A DNA stretch of 64,000 nucleotides from Hamiltosporidium tvaerminnensis FI-OER-3-3 (GCA_022605425.2 JAKIMF020000001.1:1674001-1738000), one strand, 5' to 3'. Numbered from the stretch's first letter, positions 46,289-60,473 are shown. Numbers and translations: made by a program. The notes: generated by a model not told the origin, from the sequence alone.

Positions 46289-47964
46289 CGGTTGTGCAAA
46301 AAAATCCGGACACTCAAAAAATTCTAAATTTTCATATATTTTTAATAGGAATTTTTAATTTTTTGGTGGCAAAAAATGAGTTATAATATTGTATACCTAT
46401 ATTGTCCTGTAGTGAGCTTTTTTATAATCTCTAGTTATATATTTGCAGATATATCTTTTAAAAATGCCAAAAAAAATCCAGACACCTAAAATTTTTCAAT
46501 ATTTTACATCATATTTAGTTACTTCTTTTTGTAAGCTTTTAAATTTCCCCTCAACGAGTTATATTCAATCAGCTCGTAGAAAGATGCTATAATGAAGTTA
46601 AGCTCAAAATATTATTCAATACAAAAAATTTCTGAATTGCTTCAAGTACTAGGTCTAAAGTCCATGGTACATTGCAAAAATAGAATAGATACGAATCGTA
46701 AACATGAATCTGGACGACCTCTCTTACAGATATTACCATGACCAATAGAATTTTAGATTTTAGAATAAAAAATCCTAAAATTAGTCCAGCAAAAACCACT
46801 AAAAATTTGGCTGCATTATGTAGTTACAATGGTTCGATCGGGGTTATAAGAAATCACATAAAAGTCGGTATATATGCTCGTTCTTTTACTCAAAAACCCT
46901 TGTTGTCACGATAAAATATGGTTGGCAAATTTAAATTTTAAGTAAAATTTTTTTTATCAATTTCAAATCCTCATCATCGGCCCAACAGCTCTGCATATGC
47001 CTTGGCCGCCTTCGGTAATACCGCCTACCGGTTTTTTTCCAGTGGGTTTTGCTACTTTTTTGGGTTTAGTAACAAAGTTCTTTTAAAGGGTGGGTTTTCA
47101 GTCCAACCCAACATTGAGGACCAGTCCCTTTTAATTGCCTCTTACAAAAAGTAGAGAATACCCCAAGCATATCAATTTCAGATGACGATTTGAAACGTAC
47201 AATATTTAGTGATTAATGCAAGTTCAACTTGCTTACTTCAGATCGTAAGGTTTATGTAAATGGAAGCAGGGAGAACCCCAGGATTTAAATATATGGCTCC
47301 AATATTTTAGCATAATAGAGAAAATATTATGTGTATGAATGTTTGTCCTATAAAAGTGTTGGAAATTCGGCATTTATTGATACTAATATGGTTCGATTTC
47401 AGTATTTAATACTCTTGCAAATAATTTAAAATCATCTCTAGAAATATAGGTTTAAATGAGTATATTTTTCGCAAGATAATGATCCTAAACATATATCAAG
47501 GGATGCTGCCAAATATTTTGAAATAAAAGGGAAGGAAATACTTCCTTGGCCCTCCCAGTAACTAGATTTACAACCAATAGAATATCTTTGGGCTTAATAA
47601 AATAACCCTGTATAATTTTACTTTTAAAAATGAGAATGAGGTAAAACAAACATTAATCGAAATTCGGAATAAAATTTCTATTGTTTTTGTACAAAAACCT
47701 TTACGACTATGAAAAAACGCGATTTGGCTGTCTTAAGTGCTCGTGGATGCCATACTAAATATTAAAGAGAAGATTCTATGTTTTTATACTATACTTTGTA
47801 AATTTAATCTGTTTGCTTTACATTGAAAATATTGTATAAAATGACCTTAGCTATATGTGTAAAATAAACTCTTATTATACACATTAAAACATTTTAAATT
47901 ACGACATTCTATATATGGCTAATTTTATTCAAATATAGGTGTCCAAGTTTTTTTTGAAAAGCTT
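46289..47964 (+). mobile_element. Tc1-family (DD34E) DNA transposon relic with IR/DR-type ends
   Basis: TA-flanked TIRs CGGTTGTGCAAAAAAATCCGGACAC / GTGTCCAAGTTTTTTTTGAAAAGCTT; inner repeat at about 46467; FSD.CKFN, QDNDPKH and WPSQ..DL.PIE.LW remnants. Confidence 0.85.
46969..47169 (-). mobile_element. Family C copy 6 (5'-truncated) inserted into the Tc1 relic
   Basis: TSD TATCAATTTCA(A/G)AT at 46955-46968 and 47170-47183. Confidence 0.8.
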
Positions 47965-49394
47965 TATATGGTAAAAATCATACTTTTGATCTATGAAGAG
48001 GAATAAATAAGTCTAAAACATTCCGATTAGAGTTAAAAGAGGCATACTAGATTTAACACATGGTTTTAAAATTCTAAAGTAAACCACATAGTGGATTACG
48101 AATATATTCAATGAACAATAAAGTAGTCAGCAAACTATTACTAAAATGTTCGAATTCCTATTTTGCAAACAAAAAGAGCAATCATGAGTATTTAATCAAT
48201 ATTTAGACGAGAGATGAATCTAAAAACACGTAAAATTGAACAAAAATTAAGTAAAATAATGCAAGCAAATACATTGATCAAAATAAACAAGATTTTTTTA
48301 TTCAGGATAAAGGTAGTTAATAAACAATAATTTTTATTAAAATAGCCGAAAATTTAGTTTATTTATTGCAATGTTTCTTTAAACATATTTTAACTCTATA
48401 ATTGAAATAAAATACAAAGAAAAAATATTTTATGGAAGATTTTTGTGAACCTGTGTTTTTAGAGATAAACAAATTCGAAGTTTATTTGTGAATCATTAAT
48501 ATTTCAAAATTTCTTCTCTTGTCGATTTGATATTAAATTTTCAATAATTCTGACAAAGTATTAATTGTTTTGTTACCAATTAATCGAAGCTTACCTTTAT
48601 ATTTCCGTTAGAGAATTTAAAATAGGCAAAGTAAACATTTCAGATGTATCTTAATTGTTATAGATACAGGGAAATAAATATATTAATCTATTATTCAGTT
48701 AAAAACTGCAAAACTAAAATGTTTAAAAAAGTTATTTTCCCTTTTTATATTTCCTTTATAATTTTTATTTTACCAAAATATCTTTTTTTTAATTATGGCA
48801 AATTTTATGTTGGGCACCAAACATACTTTGATAATAAATTTAGAAATCCAGTGCCTAACTGTATTATATTAATATCTGTTTTTCGTTTAAAATTTCGAAA
48901 AAATACCGTATTTTTATCTTACTATCACTATATAATCTATTGTTCTTATTCTTTTAAGAATTTTCTTTTCATTAAAAAAGTTATTAAAAAATCTACTCTC
49001 TAAATTTTATTGCCTAAAACAAACCGTTTTTTGTAAGTAAATCATTTGGCATAGATTTTTCTTATTCGCATTTTTGCATATAAAGAAGTTTTAAAAAGAG
49101 GAAATATAGCGTAATGGGTGAAGACATGTATTATGTTTATTAATATATTTTAAGTAAATAAGATAATTAAACAGTATTTAGTTTTATTGTTAGTCAAAAT
49201 ATTTAGGGGTTTTGGATCTAATAGGGGTCTAAAATTTTAAATTTTAATTTAGCGTAAAAACCTACTTTTAATTTATGGTTTTTCTTATTTTTCAACCATG
49301 ATTTTCATATGATCTATTCTTACCTATATAAGCCATTACAATGCAAAATTTATAATAATTGTTCAGGAAATAAATAACAGTTTTACGAAATTAA

Positions 49395-49553
49395 TTATAT
49401 TAAATCACGTTCCTTTAGAAATACATATCGATTTTACTTCATTTTGGTAAATAAAATTTCTGTTTTTAAATATTTATATTAAATCACGTTGCTTTAGAAA
49501 TACAGATCGATTTTACTTCGTTTTATGAATAAAATTTCGGTTTTTAAATATTT
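49395..49553. repeat. 79-bp tandem duplication upstream of UBC4
   Basis: TTATATTAAATCACGTT.CTTTAGAAATACA.ATCGATTTTACTTC at 49395 and 49474. Confidence 0.9.
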
Positions 49554-49666
49554 CGTGTTTCGTATTTTATTTTTTTAAAAATTTGAATATCTAAACAAAA
49601 TTTCTTTTTCTAAAAAGGCTTTCTAATTTTTTAGTCATTTTTTTAAAAAAAAAAACAAAATAATAA

Positions 49667-50176
<510 letters not shown>

Positions 50177-50513
50177 TTTATGTTATAATTATTAAAAAAT
50201 TTATTCGTCATCACAATACAAATGTTTCTTAATTTTTTGCACCCTTATGTTAACTTTTTAAATATTTGTTAAAAAATTATCAACAGTTTATTCTTGCAAT
50301 TCATTTTTCGTATTTTTGATCCGTTTTATTTTTCAGTTTTGTTTCGATTGTTATTTAGATTAAGAAATTTTGTTTAATTAAATAATTCTAAAGGGTTTCC
50401 TATTTTTAATTGTTTTCCCTTAAAAATATCTGCATACTCGAAAATATGAAAAATATTGATTTAAGAAACAATACAAAATTTAAAATTTTAATAAGAAAAT
50501 ATTTTTTTAATTT

Positions 50514-50927
50514 TTATTTGTAAAAAAACAAAAGGTAACAAATCACTGGTATTAGAATAAATCCAACACCAAAAACAAATATTTTTTTACCAAAATAAAA
50601 AAAGTCTCTTTCGATTTCGTTAGATATTATTTGATTTTCAACCACCTGATCTGTATCACTACCTTCATTCTCATCGTTTTGACTATCTGTATCAAGTATA
50701 CCAATTTCATATTCTTTCATCATTTCCTTACTTCTATCAGAATGCCCAATACATTCAAATATTTCTGTTGCATCTTGTCCTTTATGTTGTATAAGAATTT
50801 CTTCGCCACCAGGATGCTAATTAGTAAATAAACTTACTTTTGATAGAAAATCATCTATTTGGTATACACGGTTGTGTATCACAATATAACCATTTTTAAT
50901 TATTTCTTTCCATTTTATTTTTCTCAT
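50514..50927 (-). CDS. CYB5: Cytochrome b5, tail-anchored; complement(join(50514..50816,50838..50927)), 130 aa
   Basis: MRKIKWKEIIKNGYIVIHNRVYQIDDFLSK|HPGGEEILIQHKGQDATEIFECIGHS...YEIG; both heme-ligand His present; C-terminal TM; CCC before ATG. Confidence 0.95.
50817..50837 (-). other. 21-nt spliceosomal intron in cytochrome b5
   Basis: GTAAGTTTATTTACTAATTAG; phase 0; in-frame TAG makes splicing obligatory. Confidence 0.92.
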
Positions 50928-51501
50928 AAAGGGTGCTTTTTTCAGATTAATTTCTATCCAAATTACAGAGTTTATTTTTTTTATCATGTAATATTACATA
51001 TTCCATTATTAGTTTTAGAATAAAATAATATATTATATAAAAAACCATACCATTTAAGTTTAAGAAATTTGCCTTCTATATTTCTTTTATGAAATTATAT
51101 TTGAATTGATATGAAATTATGTAAATATATTATTATAAGGTATACTGAAATGAAAAACAAAACTAACAATGGTAGATGCAAGCTTCTGTAAAAATTGTTT
51201 GTGTAATTAAACAAAGTATCAATTAATTAAACAGAAAGGTAAGAATATCCAAAGATATAGCACTTTATAGATTTTTTCTACAAATAATAGGACTTAGTTA
51301 AATTTATGAATAAAATAAGTTTACAACAAAACGAGGCAATCTAAAACTATCATAATATAAAATTAATAAAGTATCATATAACATAATCCTGGAATTTTTC
51401 AATGAATCATTGTTGCTTGTACTACTTTATTATATATCATAGTAACAGATTTATAACACAAGAACTAAAATACCTAAATTAATTTCTGGTGTTATTTATA
51501 G

Positions 51502-52217
51502 TTTATTTAAAAATATCAAATGGTTTTTTAACGGGGCAAGTTTTAGATTGTTTTCATGACATTAACGTAGTTCTATGTTTATCATAAAAAATTGCTTCCC
51601 CAACACACTATCGGTACCTCACCAAACTTACATCTCAAAGCCTTTCATCTAAGAGTTGTCTAAAATCAAAATTATCTGTGAGTGCGTTGCCTGGTGACCT
51701 TAATGCCTGTCGCATGAAGTGTGACCTTAGATCGAAACCTACAGTTTGTATCTTCAAAACTATGCAGAATTCTCTCTGACTGTGCACTTTTCGAAGAATA
51801 AACTTCTAGGTAGGATATATCTTGGCGACGTACATGAGGGGCACCAAGACCGTGAAATCTCATACCAACATATACCCACTATTTAGTTTTCCTGGATTTA
51901 AAAGGTTTTGCTTTTGTATCTATCAAGCGCCAGGTCTCCTAAATCGAGTAAACAAGGCTAGTTTTTCATGCTTTTAAATAGAAATCAGCTAAGAGTTCGG
52001 CAGAGGTATGTGATCTAGGGACATAAAAATTTACAAAATAAAGTTTTGAAAAAGTTATGTCGTTTCTTAGACTTTCTTCTCCCATACAAATCTCCATTGA
52101 ACAACCGAAGATTTAGTGGGGGTGTAATCTCTCCCAAAACCAAAATAATGATTTAATACAGCCATTTAACCTACTCATTACCAAGAGAAATTTTTTTTAT
52201 GTGATTATCTTCTCTAA
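51502..52217 (-). mobile_element. Family A retroposon, old diverged copy 4
   Basis: Collinear similarity along the whole length (TTTTCATGACATTAACG.AGTTCTA, AATAAACTTCTAG, GAACAACCGAAGAT, CTCATT.CCAAG). Confidence 0.8.
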
Positions 52218-53658
52218 CATATACTATTAAGAAAAATTAATCTCCATCAATCGCGAATCATAGAAAAAGATTATATGGAAAGTTGTCATTCGAAATTCCC
52301 AAAAGGGATAATAATTCTTATACTATAGATAATAAATATAATAGTGCTTTTTTGGTTTTAAACATAAATCGAAAGAATAAAAAACAAACTGTATATGTAC
52401 ATGACTCATTTGATATTAGAATATAACCAAGTTTGGTCAAGATGGCTAACTAACAATAGAGAAAATATAACCCAAAATCTTAGTGTCAAGGATAGTCTCT
52501 CTTAAGTATTTTTTAATAGACTTGAATTAAAGTGTATATATGTCAGAATTTTCGACGAGTAAACAACAGAAGAAAATATATCAAAATTTTTTTACTTCAG
52601 CTCTCAGAAGAGTGCTGTCGAGTTTAGAGCAATCTGCAAGTAACAAAACAATAAAAGACATGAAAACAATATTGCGGAAATTCAAAACAGTCTCTTAACG
52701 CTTAAAATGTATCAAACAGAATATCGAAGATCGATTAATTTATCAAAATTTGTTTTAAATGTGAAAAATATATTACAGGAAAATGTACATTAGCGATTTT
52801 CCCTATATGTAAAAATTTAAAGAGTATAAAATAAAAAAATTGAGTCTACTTTTTATTTGTCCTTTTTATATAAACTAATCGTCGTTATATTGCTTTATTA
52901 AAGTACAATTACCTTTTAAACTTCATTCCTAATATTTAATTCCATGTATTGAATCATAACGTAAAAATATCGATAGCTTTGAACGATTACAAAATAAATG
53001 AATGTAGAATAAATATTTCTGTGTACAGTCTTGGCTATGAACTGCTTTTTGGGAGATTTTTCGTATACTTAAATCATTTCTAAAGATTTTAAAATTTCAT
53101 CCAACATCATGTCACTTTTATATCTCACCGGAACCAATGATTTTTAAGAAAATTTTGTGCAATGCTTGCAAAATTTTAAACATTAGTCCTCGGTGATTTT
53201 TTTATGCAAATACACTACATTCAAATACAGATCAAACTCTTAATTAGTTGATTTAAAAATCTAAAAAAATTCTTTTGTTTCTAAGTTAGATTATACATCT
53301 TTAATTTAATTTTATATTTAATATCATATCAAAAAAAACTTAGTTATCTTTATAAAACAATATAACACTAAATATAATTCTTATTAATTAAAAATTTTAC
53401 AAAAATTTTTTGAAGTCTAAAGTATCAAATCAGAACAGAAGCTCAGACGCTCGAAATTCTAAAAAAAATTATTTTGAATATTAGAATTGGTAGTAATAAA
53501 TAAAAAATATTTATTTCAAATGTACCAAATTAGATTTAGAAATGGCAATAATAAAATTACATTTTCGGTAAATATATTTAATTTTTTGAAGATATAAGAG
53601 TTTTGTTTCAAATGAAGAATAGAATCTTCAAATAAATTAAGAAACGTAAAAATTTTAA

Positions 53659-55947
53659 TTAAGATCCACAACTATCACAAGGCTCTCCAATCTTACAAGA
53701 CTGTTTTGATTCGTTAATCATTTCTTCATCGACTGTAAACTTCGTGGCCGAAGAAATTGGCTTGGTTCTCAAATAATACATTCCTGTTTTTAAACCATTT
53801 TCCCATCCAAAGAAATGCATGCTAGTCAATTTTCCATAAGTTGCCATGGGTATGAATAAATTTAACGATTGAGATTGATCAATAAACGGAGATCTCTCAA
53901 TAGCCATAGTTAATACAGTTTTCATTTTTATTTCCCAAACTATTTTGTAGAGTTTTTTAAGATTTTCCGGAATCGGTAAATTCTGCACCGATCCTTCGTT
54001 TTGTAGCAAAGAATTTTTCATTTCATAATTCCATAAATTCAAATCAATTAAATCCTTTAATAAATATGAATTAACAACCTGAAATTCCCCTGCTAATGTT
54101 CGTCTGGTATAAATATTAGAAGTAAATGGTTCAAAGCACTCATTGAATCCCAAAATTTGTGATGTACTAGCAGTAGGCATCGGAGCTATTAGCAATGAAT
54201 TTCTCACTCCAAATTTAGAAATTTTATTTCGTAACGAATCCCAATCCCAATTTGTAGGTTTTATATTCCAAAAATCGAATTGTAAAATACCTTGGCTAAT
54301 CGGACTACCTTCGTAACTTGGATAGTGACCTTCCTTCTCACTTATCTCACATGAAGATGTCAATGCAGCAAAATATATTGTTTCAAATATTTTTTTATTA
54401 AGTTCTCTAGCTTCTTCACTTTCAAATGGATATCTTAATATTGCGAACGTATCAGCCAGGCCTTGAACACCGATACCAATCGGGCGATGTCTAAGATTAG
54501 AAGTTCTTGCTTCTTCCACTGGATAATAATTCTTATCAATGATTTTATTGAGATTTTTAACAATTATTTTTGTAATTTTTATCAACAACTCAAAATCAAA
54601 AGCACCATTAACTATGAATGATGGAAGAGCAATTGAAGCAAGATTACAGACAGCTATTTCATCTTCACTTGTATATTCCACTATTTCAGTACATAAATTT
54701 GAACATTTAATTATTCCCACATTTTTTTGATTACTTCTTTTATTAATTGTGTCTTTATAAAGCATATAAGGATTTCCGGTTTCAATTTGTGCCTCGATTA
54801 TTGCTCTCCAAAGCACTTGCGCATGTATTTTTTCTTTCGCTCGTCCTTCTTCTTCAAACTTACAATAAATTTTTTCAAATTCGTCTCCATAAACATCTTC
54901 TAATCCAAGAACATCGTTTGGGCAAAACAGAGACCATTGCTCATCGTTTTTAACTCGTTTCATAAACAAGTCCGGTATCCAAAGCCCCAGAAACAAATCC
55001 CGTGTTCTATGTTCATCTTTTCCCGTATTTTTTCTCAAATCTAAAAATGCAAATATATCAGCATGCCATGGTTCTAAATATATAGCCAACGTCCCGGGTC
55101 TTTTGTTTCCACCCTGATCGACATATTTAGCTGTTGAATCGAATACCTTCAGCATAGGAACTATACCATTGGATGTTCCTCCCGTTCCTTTAATTCTCGA
55201 ATCCTTAGATCTAATTTTATGGATGTGCATTCCAAGTCCACCAGCATTTTTAGAAATCAAAGCACACTGTTTTACAGTATTGAATATTCCTTCGATAGAA
55301 TCACTCTGCATAGAAAGAAGGTAACAACTGGACATCTGTGGTCTAGTTGTTCCTGCATTAAAGAGTGTTGGTGTAGCGTGTATAAAATACTTTTGTGACA
55401 TAAAATTATAAGTCTCAAATGCAGATTCAATATCATCAGAATGTATCTGCAAAGCAACTCTCATAAATAAATCTTGTGGTCGCTCAACCAATCTATCGGT
55501 TTTTAATAAATATGTTTTTTCTAAGGTTTTATACCCAAAATAATTTATCAAATAATCTCTTTCATAATTAATAATCTCATCAATTTTTGGTTTATACTTC
55601 AAAGTTAAGTCAAGAAAATCTTTTGAAATATTTATATCATTTTTATAAAGAAATTCAATTTTCTCACTAAAAGTATTAAAGGTCTGTTTGTGCAAATTTG
55701 AAATACAAATTCTTGAAGCTAAAGTTTGATACTGTGGATGCACTGAAGTAAGAGATGCACACATTTGTGCAGTGAACTCATCAATTTCGGATGTTTTTAT
55801 ATTAGTACACAGACCAGAAGATACTTTACTTACAAGTTCCTCAATGTTTATATGTATTGGTTCATTTTTTAGTTGAGATAATATTCTTCTTTCTATTTTA
55901 GAAATATCTATATTTTCTAACTTTCCGTTACGTTTTTGAACTTTCAT
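53659..55947 (-). CDS. RNR1: Ribonucleoside-diphosphate reductase large subunit (class Ia), 762 aa
   Basis: ATP cone V.KRNG, ERPQ, HATPTLFNAGT, SSC, DQGGNKRPG, SNLCTEI, GVRNSLLIAPMPTASTSQILG, GLKTGMYYLRT, C-terminal CDSCGS; start moved to ATG 55947 after CCC. Confidence 0.98.
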   Translation of the reverse strand: MKVQKRNGKLENIDISKIERRILSQLKNEPIHINIEELVSKVSSGLCTNIKTSEIDEFTAQMCASLTSVHPQYQTLASRICISNLHKQTFNTFSEKIEFLYKNDINISKDFLDLTLKYKPKIDEIINYERDYLINYFGYKTLEKTYLLKTDRLVERPQDLFMRVALQIHSDDIESAFETYNFMSQKYFIHATPTLFNAGTTRPQMSSCYLLSMQSDSIEGIFNTVKQCALISKNAGGLGMHIHKIRSKDSRIKGTGGTSNGIVPMLKVFDSTAKYVDQGGNKRPGTLAIYLEPWHADIFAFLDLRKNTGKDEHRTRDLFLGLWIPDLFMKRVKNDEQWSLFCPNDVLGLEDVYGDEFEKIYCKFEEEGRAKEKIHAQVLWRAIIEAQIETGNPYMLYKDTINKRSNQKNVGIIKCSNLCTEIVEYTSEDEIAVCNLASIALPSFIVNGAFDFELLIKITKIIVKNLNKIIDKNYYPVEEARTSNLRHRPIGIGVQGLADTFAILRYPFESEEARELNKKIFETIYFAALTSSCEISEKEGHYPSYEGSPISQGILQFDFWNIKPTNWDWDSLRNKISKFGVRNSLLIAPMPTASTSQILGFNECFEPFTSNIYTRRTLAGEFQVVNSYLLKDLIDLNLWNYEMKNSLLQNEGSVQNLPIPENLKKLYKIVWEIKMKTVLTMAIERSPFIDQSQSLNLFIPMATYGKLTSMHFFGWENGLKTGMYYLRTKPISSATKFTVDEEMINESKQSCKIGEPCDSCGS

Positions 55948-57684
55948 TTTGGGTATCAAAAAAAGATTTTTTAAAAATTTAAAAAAAATCAATTATAAGT
56001 TATCTACAATAAAATTTCATTCAAATATTTTTATCAAGTTTTTGAGTTTATTTTGACAAGAAACAATTACACATGTGAGAACATAAGTTACAATAACTAA
56101 ATATACTATATTTAACCATAATATAATGTGGTGAATTATCTACATCTTAAGAAAGCTACACATATAGCATACTTTAAATAAATAATATTTGAAAAAAAAA
56201 TTTAGAAAATAAATGAAAGAAATCAAATTTGCTTTTATTTGATTTAATAATCAAAAGTGTAGGAATTTTTTTATTTTTTTGTCAAATACATTGCATAAAG
56301 TACAAGAGTAGAACACGAAGAAAAAGGCATAAAGAAATTTTAAAGCGTCAAATATAATAGATTGTTGATATTATATAGAAATTTATGTATTTTTATTTAA
56401 AATGCAACTGAATTTATATATTCATAGATTATATTTTTGCATGTAAAATCATTTTTTATGTACACCTTTAACGATAAACTATAAATAAAAAGAAAGAAAC
56501 AAAAGTATAATTCTTCGGATTTTGTATCGACTTATGCGAGGCAAATAATATAGTGGAAGTAATTTCCAGGTCGAAACAAAAATCTATGCGCTTCTGTACG
56601 TTCTTTAATATTAATTTACAGGCTTCATTAAGAAATGAAAAATAATCCCGAAGAAACCATATATAAAATTATGTATTTTTGCTAAGTATTCCGATGATTT
56701 TTAGTTCAATAACCAAAAAAAGTAGACAAATTTTTAGAATGTGTCGAAAATAGAGAGCAGGAATCTAGAAAAGCAGGTCATTTTTGGTTAAATTGAAACA
56801 AAGCATATTTTTAGTCGGGTAATCAAAAAAAAATATTCCTTTACTTACAGGTCAAGATATATCGTTTTAAAACAATTTACTTTTTGAAATATATATAAAT
56901 TCTGTTAATAAATTCTCATGATGCCTATGCTGAAATAAAGGAAGAGATAAAGCATACTTTGACTCACTTGAATTTATAAGTCTAAAATTTAAAGAATAAG
57001 AAGCAAAAATACACGGTTTGGCCTTAAATCTATACCAATGAACAATGATGAAAATTAGAATCTGAAAGAGTGCGATTAAGCAAGGCTAGCACTGCGGACC
57101 CGAAGATTTTAGTATAAATCGATTGAACAAAAACCATTTTCTAGACCAGTTGCGATATCGTAAAAACCTTATACTTTGAATTATTTTCCAATCCTGGTTT
57201 GTTCTCTGAAGTAAAAAGAGCTTGGGTTCGACGACTAGATCACTTTGAAAGAATATCAAACATCAAAGGAAAAAAATAAGGGACTTTCAAGAATGAAGGT
57301 GAAATGGGCTCTGGTCAGTAAATAATGTTTGAGTTTGATAATGTAAAAATTTTATATCTGTAGACTCGGTAAGTCGAATGAGAAAAAACAGCTTATTGAT
57401 GATGCATCAAGAAGAAGATGATAAATAGGCTCTGTTTTTAATAACAATGGTGTTATTTGGCGAGTAAATAAACTCTTTTTACATGTTAAGAGATAATTCA
57501 AAACTTACAGAATAAAGTGAAATTGAAAATATAGAATGTTCAGACTTAAAGAATGAATTAATATAATATTGGCATATTATCTGTTGCCTATTATATATAA
57601 TTTAAAATCAAATTAATTCAAAATAGAGGCTTATCATAACAAGTTAGCAAAAATTGTAAAATTATTGTAGAAATATTAATATTA

Positions 57685-59260
57685 AGAAATAATAGAAGAT
57701 AGCAAAGGAATCCAACACATAGCTCATTTGAAGAAGTACAAAGAAAACTTATATCAAGAGTTGAAAGACTTTGTCACACTAGATTAAACGCAAAAAATTT
57801 ATTTTCTGCAATTAATCAACATATGATATCGTTAATCAACTATCACATAAGAGTACTTCGACGTGAACCGGCTAACTTCTCTAAGTTAGATGATGCAGTG
57901 CGTGCGGTATTAGTGAAGAATAAGATACATCTCCGCCTAGGATGTAAAGAGCGCCAATATCTTCCTAGAACAGAACTTGGAAGAGACCTAAATAGTGTTG
58001 AGTTGCGAAGCGAACATATGCTTCTACAACTCTTGGATCGTCTTGAAAAAAGTAAAGAAATATCAACTAGACGAGCAGCAATCCTCAAGGTAGAGAATAA
58101 TAATAAAACCAATCTTGCCCTAATAAAAGGCTTCTTCAAAGTAAAGTACAGGTTGGTAGAAGAAGTCACTAAGAAAAGTTTAGAAGAAGCTCAACTTGCA
58201 AAACTATATAACGAAATAGAAAAACGAAAACTCCATTCAAAGTTATATAATGCAAGAAAAAATGAACTTGTGAATGTTAGTGACTCTTCAAGATGGTTAA
58301 AGAGAGGAAATATTAGGCCACGAAATGAAGCTGTGTTCTGCTATATACAGGATAGAAATGTATTTTGGGAGCAGATGGTATGTGTCAACATTGCAATAAA
58401 TCTGGTAAGACTGTAGATTATCTAGCAACACGATGTGAAAAAATGCTAGGTCATGACTACACCAGACCTCATAATGAAGTGGTTAGATGCCATCACTTAC
58501 TTCTCCTAAATAGATATAAGTTTAAGTCTTCAAAACGAATTAGGAGTCACTCAGTTCAAAAAATTCTTGATAATGAGTATGCAGAGATAAGAGTGGACAC
58601 CAGAATAAAAACTGATGTTAAAATTCGGAATAACAGACCCGAAATATTTATTTTAGATAAGAAAAATAATAAGATAACACTCATTGAAGTAGGAATCACT
58701 TTTCAAGATTCACTTCAAATAGTTGAAACTGAAAAACTTAGGAAGTATGACCTGTTAGCCAATGAGTTGGGTCTTATTTATAAGTGTAGTGTTGAGATAA
58801 TCCCTTATGTGATGACCTGGGACGGTATTGTGACAAAATACCATAAATCTCATCTTAAAAGACTAGAAATACCTATGAATGTAGAGGCATACATTCAGTA
58901 TATAGTACTTAAGAAGACAGTCGAAACAATTTCCTTTGATCGACGAAGAGGACTTGAGTCAGGACTAAATGCCGAAGAGAGCTGGGAGAGAGCGTCAATG
59001 GGTGTTATTATGAGATCAGAGATGCATGAGGAACCAACACCCCCTTTAAAAGGAGAGAAGAGAGAGGAAGATGGTGTTAAAATTTTAAAACCAAAAAATA
59101 AAACACCCCCTATTTCACAAGGAGGAACCACTTTAGAGGAACCGACCAATAACATAAATGAAGAGTCGGATTTGGAAGAAGAGACAATAGTGGTTAAAGA
59201 GGTAGAAGAAAATACATAAAAAATGGCAAAAATATTTTAACCCAGAATTTTATTAAATAA
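57685..59260 (+). mobile_element. 5'-truncated non-LTR retrotransposon with RLE endonuclease (R4/Dong-like); RT thumb, CCHC-like knuckle, endonuclease; frameshifted
   Basis: LNAKNLFSAIN, ERQYLPR.ELGR.L, IQDRN, CQHC...TVD.LATRC, HN.VV, NRP.I...D, IEVGI, EK.RKY, YVMTWDGIV; ends TTTTATTAAATAA. Confidence 0.9.
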
Positions 59261-59299
59261 ATAAATACTTTTTCTACTATTAGATTATTTAAAAAAATC

Positions 59300-60473
59300 A
59301 AAGATAACGACTAGACGCATCCCCAAAGTGGAAACTACCAATAAAACCCAACTTGCAATAATAAAAAGCTTCTTAAAAGTAAAGCATATGTTGGAAGCAG
59401 AAATCAACAAAACCAAGGTAAAAAAAGCTTAATTTAAAAATTATATAGCGAAATAGACAACTAGAACTTAATTCAAAATTATATTGCAAGAAAAAATGAG
59501 TTTGTGGGTGTTATGTGACTTTTAAAGATTTCTAAAGAAATGGGATATTAAGCCATACGGCGTAGCTTTGTTCGGCTATATCCTGGGTAGAAATGTATTC
59601 TAGGACAGAATAAAAGTGTCAAGACAGGAATCAGAACGGTAAAAAAGAAGATCATTTAGCGGCTCGATGTAAGAAACTCTTCAGATTCACCCTAGCCAGC
59701 TAGGATAATGGAGTGATTAGATTTCTACACTTATTTTTAAAAAGATACAAATTTATGTCTAAAAACTGTTTTGGGAGTCACTCAGGGCGAGAAATTTTTG
59801 ATAACGTGTATGCAGAGATTGAATTAGATACCAGGGTAAAAATTTATGCCAAATTCGGAATATAGACTAGGTATATTTGTGTTTAATAAGAGTAAAATTA
59901 ACGTAACCTTAATTGAATTAGAAATTACCTCCCAATATTCACCTTAATTATTTTTAACAATTCAACTTAGGAATTATAATCCATTAGTTATTGTATTATG
60001 TTTTGTTTATAAGTAACGTTAAAAATGAATTGTGCGATAACCTCAGATGATATTGAGACAAATCCCACAAGACAGACATCAAAATACTCTTAATACCCAT
60101 GAATCAAAAGACATACTTTCGTTTATAATTATTAAGAAGACAGTTAAAAAAATATATTTTCGACTAGAAGACATAAGTCGTGAAAAAAGCTTAACAGAGC
60201 CGGAGAAACACATCTAGTTTTTTCTAAGGAGCTGAAATCCATGGACAACCAACACTTTTTCAAAGTAATTGAATTTAAGAAAAAGAGTATGTCAAACATT
60301 TAAAAACAAAAAATAGTATACTCTTTATTTTAGATCGATGGCTCATACTCAAGAGACGGAACATAATCATAAACGAAGTTTCGGATATATAAGAAAAATA
60401 TAAAGTGTTAAAGAGGTAGAAGAAAACTGTAAAAGATTCGAAAAGCATTTTAACTCGGAATTAAATTAAATAA
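59300..60473 (+). mobile_element. Older, degraded tandem copy of the same LINE 3' region
   Basis: Collinear with 58060-59260 (e.g. GGAGTCACTCAG, TGCAGAGAT, TTAAGAAGACAG, GTTAAAGAGGTAGAAGAAAA, ATTAAATAA). Confidence 0.8.
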
